A stretch of 45,587 bases of DNA from Folioceros fuciformis (taxonomy: Eukaryota). Numbering within the stretch: position 1 is the first letter of the stretch; each line of letters begins with the position of its first letter. The notes below the pieces were generated by a model. It saw only the letters and a program-made list of their open reading frames with translations, was not told the origin of the DNA and did no database searches. The stretch covers positions 1 through 45,587 of the forward strand of contig JBNGIO010004138.1 of the NCBI GenBank assembly GCA_049999805.1. Direction: 5' to 3'. The position numbers and the translations under genes are program-made. Below are positions 20,140-45,587 of the stretch, one piece after another.

Positions 20140-21887
20140 CTAGGGAGGGATCTTCACCAGCCTGAGGATGGCTTTCACACTCACGTCAAAGGCTTCTTTC
20201 AGTTCAACCGGCCGCCCGCACCCCATGTTGTCGGATCGATCGAGTGTCCCACACTAATTCCGGCTCTCGCACTTCGGGAGCTCACGAGCCGCCATGAGCC
20301 ACGAAGGCAGAATACAATAAAGGATGAATTGGATGGCAAAGTGCCCGCAATTACCGAAGCTCAGGACTCAACGCAGCACAACGGTGTCACAATCCATGAA
20401 ACGAACGATTCCATGGGAATCTCGCTTCGGGTGCTCCGAAGCTTGAGTGCGTGTAGACTAACACTCAAGTCCCTGGAACAGACACAAGAGTCATGTTTGC
20501 GGACATCATGACACTTCTGTACCTCATGCGCAATCGGAACCTGCTGGGATGATTCTATCGCTGGGAGCGGCAACCCGTTCAGACATAGTGTGTACAGGAG
20601 GTCAACTTACGCCACCAGGCACATGGCCGGAGTCTAGACAGGGCCCCAACATGGGATCTATTGCTGTGCTGTTGGTGGAATCTTAATTATTTTGCAAGTT
20701 GAAACAGGTTTGGTCACCGATGCACGTACTTTCTCCGTCAATTAACCTGGTTCTTTGCTCAACAGATGAGATAGGCCATCCGCGACTGTCCAAGACACCG
20801 AATCCAGGAGAGACTGCCTGGAAAGACTTGAAAACCACATGCCTATTGCATGACTGTCCCAGAAAGTTGAGCTCATGAGGCAGCATTGAATCTCTCAGTC
20901 TTGGGACATAAGCCTTGGTCCCTTTTCCCTCGGAGTTAGCCTTGGGCTGCCCTGAGCTCATACCTGTGAATCCCTGGAACTGCCAGCCTGAATCTTAAGA
21001 GCTCCTACCCTCCAAACACCCCCATCGAGTCTGAAATACATCGGGTCAGCTCCACCTTGCTTCCGTCTGTCACTTCATGTCCAGATCCTCAGATGCTCCC
21101 AAGATTCAACAAACCACGACGGCCCCACCAAGCTCCGGTACTCTGCTTATGAACTTCAAGAACAACTTTCTCCATCTCAGGATACCGCTCCAGATCCACC
21201 ATCCTCCTCCTCTCCACTAGTCCACAGTATCTCAAGCCTTCGCATAAGCTGAAACGGCCAGCCTGAACTCGCAGATATCCTCACCCCCAAGCTTCCACTC
21301 TCCTTAGATTAAGAAATTCCACCGGCAGCCTCGCCCTAGACCGCCACCACCACGCAACACACTTCCTCCACAACCACACAGCTCTGAATCTTCGTTGCCT
21401 GTGGCTTTCGTACACAGATTGACCAAACGCCAGAATCATAACCCTTAATCATCGCCATTCGTGACCAGCTCCGAGCCCTAATCTTCGGTGGGTGTATCCG
21501 ATTGTGAGATGCAAAGGCGTGCTGTGCGAATTTGAATTTGGAGCCTTGGACGTTACATCGTGGCGAGTATGCAAAAATTGGGTGCAGTGTGGCATGGCGG
21601 ATGGAGGCTGCACTCCCGGTTGGATAGAGTCCGAAGCCTTGAAGACAGCCAGCCAGCAAGTCAGAGGATAACAAGGTCACAGTACAGAGGGATTGCAGGC
21701 GTACTTCCATAGGTTTGTTCAGCAACGACCACCTGGTGCGGAGGCAGACATGTGCGGAGGGTGAATTACCATTAGGCGGGATCAACCTCATGAGAAGTGG
21801 AATCGTAGAAAGAAGAGGAGCTGCTACGACAAAGCTAACCAATCGGGGCTTGCTGGATGCACCGAATCTTCTCGCGGCTGCATTCAT
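20140..21887 (-). pseudogene. Heavily decayed inverted GT47 paralog
   Basis: The minus strand ends KEAFDVSVKAILRLVKIPP*, versus EDAFDVSIKGVLTNIAPIP in the intact gene (22/27 nt identity, 20170-20196 versus 19314-19340). Collinear frame-shifted remnants upstream: TM-like RLVSFVVAAPLL, LPP, QGFG, WKLGGED/AGRF, PEMEKVVLE, VYTH, LRA. Confidence 0.6.
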
Positions 21888-22034
21888 CTTATGCAAAGTG
21901 AATCGCAATCTCTCAGTTCAAATTGTCAGTCATTTGGGCCCGTAAATTCAACTCCTACTTTTTGGGAGTGAGGTCTCCAGATCTGGACTGCCTTTTCCTC
22001 ATGCTGGTGGGCAAGCATCACCTTTACCTGAAGC

Positions 22035-37489
<15,455 letters not shown>

Positions 37490-39099
37490 CAGCTGTGACG
37501 ATAATAGTTGGATTTTTTCGGCGGTGATTACTGTCGGATCAGCTCTTCGGGGATACAACTGTCTCATCTGGCTGCTTTCTTATGGATTTCACGTGGAGGT
37601 GGGAGCGGGAGGTAAGACGTTCTCCGTTTGTTGTTACCGATCGTTCTGTTTGCTCGGTGCCGAGAGTTAATTCATGCCGTTGAAATGTGAAGGAGAGCTT
37701 ACATGGGCAAAATGCGACGACTGCGACAACATTCTAACCGTAACTGTAGATTATGTATTATGGGCCTCAGCTAGTTTCTAGGTCAGTCGGCGATTTCGTG
37801 CACCTAATTGTTAGATAGTGTGGTTGGGATCACGCAAGTGAGCAGCCGTTGGGCAAGGCAGTCGCTCCAGTTTTTTGTGCACATCCCGTTCGGGGGTGTG
37901 GATAATGTTGCCATCGATAGGAAAAGATGTATAATTCGGGGCGACCAAACCGGGAAGCAGCGGCGAAGTTCCGTGATCGACAACGTGCCTGACAACTCTC
38001 TTCTTTACTGGTCGAATATTCACTGGTACATAACTTGGGAACTACGAGCTGATGCCGCTCAGCAGATTGCCTTAGCTTGGCTGGATCTCTTCGGCGCACG
38101 CTCGTCATCCTGCACCAGCAAAAATCCTTCAGTAAATATCTAGAGGGAGCTAGGATAGGAAGTGATAATCAAATACCGCACCTCGTTTTCACTGGTCACT
38201 CTGATCATAAAGGATGAGCTCAATGTGGCACGGAGACAACATGTCTGCCAACCATGACAGAAAACATTTTTAGACCCAAATCCCCAGGGTGCGGGTTTCA
38301 ATCATCGATTCACTATTTGGCCCATCTGATTGATTCGTCCATGAACACGGTAGGTAGGCCTGCGTTGTTGCTAAGCTTCGCTGAATGTGCGTAACACCTA
38401 GGCTTCACAGATGGAACCCCTTCACCTGTAACGCGAGCGTGAGCTAAGCAGCCAGAACTTGTAGCAACTATAGAACAAAATTCGTCTACCCTCAGCGTGT
38501 CACACATCCTGACGCACCTCGGAGTTCCTCTGTGCATTCTTCGAAAGTCCCAACAAGAAGGTGGCGGACTTTGCAGGCCATCGCACTTGACCATTGGAAT
38601 GCCTTGCCTTGGCCTGGGCTGTCCGGCCCACGGCATCACAAAGTCTACGGAAAAGACCGGCCTGTTTGTGGGCCACAACATCCTCCAGAAATCTCTTCGT
38701 TTTCTCATTATCCATCTTAATGGGCTGTGCCGTCTCGCGAGTGTTCTACATGACGATGCGGCAGGAGGTGAAATCGGGCAAAACTATCCATCTGACACCG
38801 TAGCATGTAGTTGCTCAGAATTGCGGAGATGCAATCACATTGAAATGGACCCGCAGGTCCAACCCCCTGGCCTTCATTGCGTGTCCCCTTGAGTACTTCA
38901 CCTGTTACCAACACAGGACCGGACGTGAGAACAGCACAAAGGCACATCCAGTTGGCGGAGAGTACCACTGTGTTGTGCTCCGTCCACGAGCTCAATTGTG
39001 TTCGGGAGTTTGGGAAATTAGTCAAGCTAAGGAGAAGCCGATAACTTAAGAGTAAGCAACTCTTCCAAGTGGTTTGGGCGTTGGTGATTCCGTCTATAG

Positions 39100-39810
39100 G
39101 TTCTTAAGGTTGGCGTTTTCGAAGATCTTCATTTTCATTTTTGCTGGGTTTGGAGTTCTGAACGTTTTTGGCTTTGTACTTCCTACTCTTTGAAAATACA
39201 TGTATCTCTTTCCTTAATGTCATAAATAGGTGAGTAAGTTCAACCTCTAAGTTTCTTCTTTGTCTCCATCTAGCCCTTAATGTTGTGAATAACGAGTAAG
39301 TTTTGCGGTCTAAGCTTTTTCCTTCTCTCCTTTCAGTTTGGATACAAGTTTCAGGTTGGTTTTGGGTTTGGCGTAACGGTTTCATATTTGTGGTCCTTAA
39401 GGTTGGTGTTGTGTTATTTCGCCTTCGTTTGTTGGGTTTGGCATTTCGTCCTTTGGTTTGGTGTTTGTTTTTTAGGGATTAGGGTTTAGGATTTAGGTTT
39501 TATGGTTTGTAATCACTATTTTCTACGTATCTTTTGTTCGGCATTATAATTTTTTTGAGTTTGCACCTACCCCCTTCTTCGTTGTATAGATAGACTTCTA
39601 AAGAGTCTATGCTATCCTTCATGTTCAATACACTGGATGGTGGTTTCGACATTGATGGTTTTCAGGATTGGGGATCGAAAGAAGTCTTCATTTTCATGTT
39701 TGGTGGGTTTTGACTTCGTGAGTTTCTTAGGAATGTTTACAAATATATATATCTCTTTCCTTTAATGTTGTGAATTGTGAGTAAGTTCTGCGTTATGAGT
39801 TTCTTCTTTC
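39100..39810 (-). repeat. Dispersed T-rich repeat element with internal duplication (homologous to 898-1005)
   Basis: 39100-39215 is an inverted homolog of 898-1005. tcttcattttcat..tatctctttcct.taatg..tgagtaagtt recurs at ~39125-39330 and ~39685-39810. Confidence 0.65.
39471..39505 (+). repeat. Degenerate interstitial telomere-like array
   Basis: TTTAGGG ATTAGGG TTTAGGA TTTAGGT TTTATGG, five 7-mers in register. Confidence 0.65.
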
Positions 39811-40649
39811 TCTCGAGCCAGTTTGTGCACAGGTGTGAACGCAAAATAACTGGAGTGTTACTCCAGTGGGCCAGTGCCCACGTTGGACCTGAGTCTTATG
39901 TTTGTTTTATTTTTATTTTTAGGTATGAATGACTCTTTAGTAACTACTTCCAGATTCCCAGAGTCTGAGCCGTGGGATTAGTGGTGTGAGGTGTGCTAGT
40001 TGTCGGCCCCAAAAAGTATGGACCCTGAAGAGACAATTTTGAGGATCTTGGTTTTTTTAAAAATTGTGCGACAGTTTGAAAATAGCATTAGATCAGCAGT
40101 GCCATCTTGGACCAGAGTGGTTTCCGTACTAGGTCCGTTGTGACACCGGACTGTCTCACGTTCAGAATTGGAGCTAGATACTCCGATAAGAAATGAGGAC
40201 CAGCTTACAACTCAGGTCCGGCTACCCATGGGACTCCGGTGTAAATCGAATTTCCAGTCCGATCTGAACAGGACTCCCGCAAATCCCCCAGTTGGCAGAC
40301 TCGGCTAGAGCTCGCAGCTCTGTGGATCGAAGTCCAGTGCCTGATCATGGAGTGCCTGATGATGTTTCAGCTCACGTATGTGTAATCCGGGTTTTGGTCT
40401 GAGCACGACTGGCGGAGGCCCTACTTAACTACGCCAGGCTCCTAGACAGCAGGTTGTGCCAGCGGATGAGCTTCTTTGCGACACTCTACCTGGAGCCATG
40501 GCTTAGGTGGAACAAGCTTTCTCGCCAGTGTAGATGGTTAAGAGCGTGCTCCAAGAGGTGAGCCGCAAGCACGGCGGTGACGACACCGATGGACAGTCGG
40601 ACATAGCCCGTGATGCCATGCAAGCTCTCGGATATGCATGCAAAAGGGA

Positions 40650-41315
40650 TCACACATGAAGGGTCCTAGAAAAACACATGGTGTATAGCCTATACCTAGG
40701 AGGAGGGACTGTTGGTAGTGGCCTTGGTAAACTCACAATGTCTAATGTAAGAAATGAAGAGCTTGGACAAGAAGGTGGCACCTTAGAGTTGTCCTTAGTG
40801 TCCACTGTGTCAGTATCATGCAAGTCAAACAGTGGAGTGCTGAAATCGCTGGAATCACTCTCTGGAATGATGCCTACTCCACTCCTTGGATTTTGAGCAT
40901 TAGGAATACCTACAAACTTGGGGTTGCCTTCACAAATAGAAGCCATAGCTTGAAAATGAGGCCAAGTAGAATTTACTTGACCTGTGCTTGACTTCATCTC
41001 CTTCTCCTTGCAGTACCGTTTCTTAAGATTCTCTAGCTTCTGCTTGCACTTCTTGCCACATAGACCATCCATGTGACAAATACTAGCCACCTCTTTGGCT
41101 GTTTTAGACCAATGCTTGTTCCCCAAATTTCCAGCTTTAAGATGCACAAGATGCATCTCATGGTATGTGTCGATTAGTGTGGACGTTGCCTCTTCTGAAG
41201 AGATGAGAGACTTGAGAGAGTTTGACCGCTTGCTTTGTGCTGCCTCGTATTCACTTGCAGATCCGAAAGCCAGAACTTCATCATCCAGATCTAGGAGTTG
41301 AGAAAAAAGAGCCAT
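40650..41315 (-). pseudogene. Myb/SANT-like (trihelix) DNA-binding ORF, probably truncated; trihelix TF fragment or PIF/Harbinger accessory ORF
   Basis: SEEATSTLIDTY..GNLGNKHWSKTAKEV..KCKQKLENLKKRYCKEK..STWPHFQAM. The first conserved Trp is replaced by Ser, the C-terminus degenerates, and the context is repeat-rich. Confidence 0.7.
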
Positions 41316-44300
41316 CGCTTCATCCTAAACCCTTAACCCCACAAGGCCAAGCCACATGCACACCCTGTAGATGGAACAAGCAAGAACACTATCTTGTGGG
41401 ACGGCCGCAACAAGTAGAAATAGGATCTTGCATATGGCCACACCAACTTAATCGTAGAGTTTGAGTTTTAGGGCACGTTTCGATAAGCTTAATCCATTTC
41501 AGTACAAATCTCAGGCCAACCCATGAGACCAGAAGCTTAAAAAGTCCTACCGTACATCAAAACATTATTGTGTAAGCCTGACAAACGGAGGGCCAAAAGA
41601 TGGCAAAAAGATGTTTAAAATAACATTCTCCTTTCTTTACAGTAGGTAACTATCATTGCGCGGTTCCTTTTGTCGGCTTCATTATGAAAGGCGCTTTAGC
41701 TACTAAAGTTACGTTATGCTAGGCCAGGGAAACAGTCGAGGAAATTTGGAACGAGAAACAGTCAGAAAATTTAGAACGAGGGAATTCCTCGAAACCTCCA
41801 TTAGTGGTGACAGCCCTGGTGGTGGTTCTGGCTCACCATGGCAGGGTGAGTCATTGAGGTAGCATCTTGGAGAATCCGGTGGCAGGATTTTCCGAGACCG
41901 GCCTCAGATTCCTCATTCCGTTCAAGAGGCCACTCCTCATTAAGAGCCCTGCGCGCACTGAACCTCTAAAATTAGTGTGGTAGGTGCGGTGTGAATTTTA
42001 GATAGCAATGAGCATCTAACACGGTGTTGTGGATGTCATTAGGTAGCTGTAAACAAGGTGTCATTTTGACCAAGTACTATCTCAGTCCCCAGGACCACCT
42101 AGCCTGGCTATGCTCGGCCCCGGACCAAGTAAGAACCGTGCCTGTTTGCGACCTTTGGTCATTAAATATAATAAATATTAAATAAATTAATGATAAAAAA
42201 AATATACCAAATACTAATCTATCTCTTAACAAGCTGATCATTTATGGATATACTCATTAATGTATTTAGGGTCAGAATATTAAGATTTATTATTGTAGTA
42301 AATAGTATTAATAAATAGTAAATTAAATAATTTACAAAATTTAAACCAAACCTTTTATGAACCCTCAGTCCCCTTTGCTTTTGGGGACCAAGGGTGGGGA
42401 CCGAACTCATGAAGAACCTCCGATTCCATGGTTTTTTTAACACATGTCGGGACCGGGACCGAGCTTGGGATAGGGTCGAATGACACCCTAGCTGTAAAGG
42501 TAGCTGGAAGGACGCCAAGTGCCGTCGATAACAGTGGCCTCCGTCTAGAAAATGTTCTCCACTCTAGTCAGACATAGCCACTTCTCCTAGCTCTTGGCCA
42601 TGGAGGATTCCTCCCGCTCAAGGGGAGGGGAGGACCCCCGTTGGCTGGCATGTGTGCCACCATCTCGGAGAAGGAGGTCAGGAGGGGTTGTGGTCGGGTT
42701 TTCTAGCAGCCAGCCTAGTGCTCTGCAAGTTCTCACCCTTTCCTAAGGTCAGTGGTGGGTGTGGTTGCCGTTAGCCGAAGGGGTAAAGCCGTGGGAAGGA
42801 ATCCCTAGAGGTACCTGCTAACCAACATTGGTAGCCTCGACACCGCTGGTTGAAGAAAAGAACTAATGTGTTGATCATTCATGGTCAACGGGAAGACTAG
42901 AGGAGCCTGTAGTGGATGGAGACACTTCTCTTCTTCAGCGTCCGGTGGTTTCTAGCCATCTACTTCAATAAATGTGTGTATTGAGAGTGACTTATAGTTC
43001 GTATTTTGAGTTGAGTGGTAGAGTAGGTAAGTAGATAGCCACTTCTAGCAGGACACCGGACTCATGGGGACGGACTCCGGGAATGCTACTACAACGACCG
43101 TGGATGATTTAGCCGTGACCGTGGGATTAACAACCCCACATGGTACCTAGTACTTGGGTGGCCCCTTAGTTCTCTCTCGCACCCTGTCTCCTCCCTTCCA
43201 CCTTCTTCTCCACCTTCATTTCTAACCCCATTCTCACCCCCTTCTTCTCCTCCATTGCTTCCACTTCCGCCGTGTCTCATCTTCTTCCCTCACTCCTTCT
43301 CCTTTAGTTTCTGCCCTAAGTACCATCCGTACACAACCCTGGCACTACATGAGTTGGTGACCGAATTGACATGACTCACAATTGGATCAGCTTTCGTCGC
43401 ACTTGTTATCATGAGGACGCGCAAGCATACCCGTCTCCGAGCAGTTGCAGGGGCGGTAATAAGTTATTATGCCGAGGTATGGTCAGTGTTACGCTCCCGT
43501 CATGCTCTACTCTCCTCCGGATCACCTCCCTCTGCACCATTCCGAGCTTTACCACCACTCCGCTCTCCCCCGCACATTGCTCCATTTTGTTGGTTGCACC
43601 AAGTGCCCCAAATTCTTGGGTACCTTGCCTCCTCTAGCCTTTCCTTGCTCCGCTCCCTTGCTTTCACAGATAGCTCCAAAGTAGTTCCCTGAAGCCGGCA
43701 ACCCTTACTGGATTAATGAAGACCAGATATAGAAGTGGGTGTACCCAAACTTCTCGCCTTGGATGGCAGCCGCAGTGATCTCATGGAGTAGTGCAAGTTG
43801 GAGCGGGAGGTTTACATGCAGCCAGCTTCAAAGCGCGGAGGGCTCTATCTCAATTTGCAACAGAAGAAGGCTTTGGTTAAAGAAGCTACTTAGGCTCTCC
43901 TAGTGGACAGATCCTTCAAGACCACCAATGGGTGGCTTACTCACGACATCGAGGACTTGAGGATCCACGAAGTGGTCCAACTCATCGTAAAGTGGCTTCT
44001 CGTTACGGAAATGGACCATGTGGCAGACAGAGTATTGGTGCTCGTGCATGGATTGGCTCAGGGTTCCCCAATGGATTTGGGGGTAGTAGCACATTGGACC
44101 CAATCTGATGTTAAGAGGTTAAGGGAAGAGAAACCGTTTACTTCAGGCTTGTTTTCTTTCCTTTTCATATTTAGAGCCATTATAAGACCTTAACGAACTT
44201 GGAAAGGGTGACGATGGCCCGACTCACCGCTTCCACTCCGGCACCCCCTCCTGTTGCTACTCCGACTCTAACGCCCGCTCCCAAAAAGAAGGTGGTGGTA

Positions 44301-45587
44301 CTAGCCACCCAACTCATAGCTCTGCCCACAGCACCAGTAACATTTTCGGTCTCTAACAACATAGAAGAAGAAGTGGCTAGCAGGGCTCCTAAACTAAAGT
44401 CTTCTCCGATGGCTCAAGCCTCCATCCCCAGCTCTCCTACCAACCCTCCTCCGGCCAAAGAGTGGAAGACGACAACACTTTGACCAAGTAAGCTCTTATG
44501 CCAAAATGCTAGACTATCCGACCCCAAGTTCCAACACCCAAGAGGATTCCCCTTTAGAGTGCTTTCCCACCTACCAGTCCGGAGCCAGACGATTTGTTGG
44601 TTAATTAGACGAGATATCACTTAATTGGCTAATAATTAAGTGATGTTAATAAATGGTATTAGTCATAATTAATAACTATTTAGTGAAGATGATTAAAATA
44701 TATATTATAATATAAAGTGAACTAGATAGACACACAACTAGATGTGTGGATGTGACCGCAGTAGGTCTCAAGTAGCAGGCATAAAAGACTAGCTCAGCGG
44801 TGTCCGCTGTAGCTGTAAGCTTGTATTCTCTTGCTTTCTGGGAATAGGCTTTCTCTTAAGGGAGCATCCTCTTGTTGGAATCCGGTTGAGGTGTGCGTGT
44901 GCGCAGTGTGCAAGATCATGTGACCCGATCGAGGATTTGAGAAGCCAAGTTACAGCTCTGAGAAGTGTGGATGCAGGTGGAGAAGATTTTGTGGTGTCTA
45001 AAGGAAGCTTCACTCTTATATAGCTGCAGCACCATCATGCAGTGTTTAATGTTTGTAATGTGGCGTGGTGTGACTATTGTTAACTAATGAACCATGCATG
45101 AGTGCGATGTTTAGCGGCACGGTACGACAAGCATCTGGAGCTCGGGCCAATGGCTGATAAACCTATGGGGAGAAACAGCTAGAGGCTTCCCAAGCAAGGT
45201 CTTGCAATCCGCTCTTGCGGCAAAAATTACTTTAGGCATAAATGAGCATGGGGTGGACCAATGGTATGACTAGTGGTGCTCAAGGATCTGTAGCACACCG
45301 AACTAGGAAATCAGATAGTTGTGATAGTGCCAAGGGCGCCGCAAGCTGTTGGAGGCTATGGCTGTGGGCATTGCTAGATCGAAGTCTGGAGTTGGGAAAT
45401 CGTGGAGATCACGAGCTCACGGCTAGACTAAGTGTAGGACAACTCTTTGGATATAAGGCCGGAGGGGGATTTAGGGCCAGGCCCCACGATTTTGAGCTGG
45501 AGGAGGGGTTGTTGGGCTAGACCAGCAACCACGCTGCCCAATCTCTCAACGCGCTACGTGCCTTACCCTGATCCCGCTAGCACATCC

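Noticed and set aside
19816-20511. 231-aa plus-strand ORF
   Set aside because: No ATG start or domain. It overlaps the antisense of the GT47 pseudogene 3' end and is probably a shadow frame.
43798-43890. Copia RT-like LEREVYMQP...KKAL
   Set aside because: No flanking DVKTAFL or YVDD motifs in any frame I could read; too short to call.
41500-45587. LTR retrotransposon
   Set aside because: Looks like degraded repeat DNA, but I found no paired LTRs, convincing PBS/PPT or gag-pol motifs.

Overview
Eukaryotic nuclear DNA from a compact plant genome. The short ~100-bp introns, GC-rich genes and divergent proteins suggest a non-seed land plant such as a bryophyte or lycophyte (inference). Protein-coding genes: an intronless F-box gene, an orphan disordered-protein gene split by a 100-N gap, an orphan Pro/Ser-repeat protein, an exostosin/GT47 glycosyltransferase followed by a heavily decayed inverted paralog, and a ~15.5-kb multi-exon BEACH gene (BchB type) containing a U12-type intron. 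Mobile DNA: a decayed 5'-truncated non-LTR retroelement with a restriction-like endonuclease (CRE-like), a Myb/SANT ORF of possible PIF/Harbinger origin, and dispersed repeats. The most notable feature is invisible to the ORF track: a cluster of four box C/D snoRNA genes at 10.07-11.26 kb. All four have a non-canonical AUGA terminal box D, and two are duplicates with a compensatory base-pair change. The cluster is preceded by an exact 40-bp-period array and by a head-to-head promoter carrying a perfect plant snRNA USE, a TATA-like box and a telo-box. rRNA and protein similarities are from recall and were not searched.
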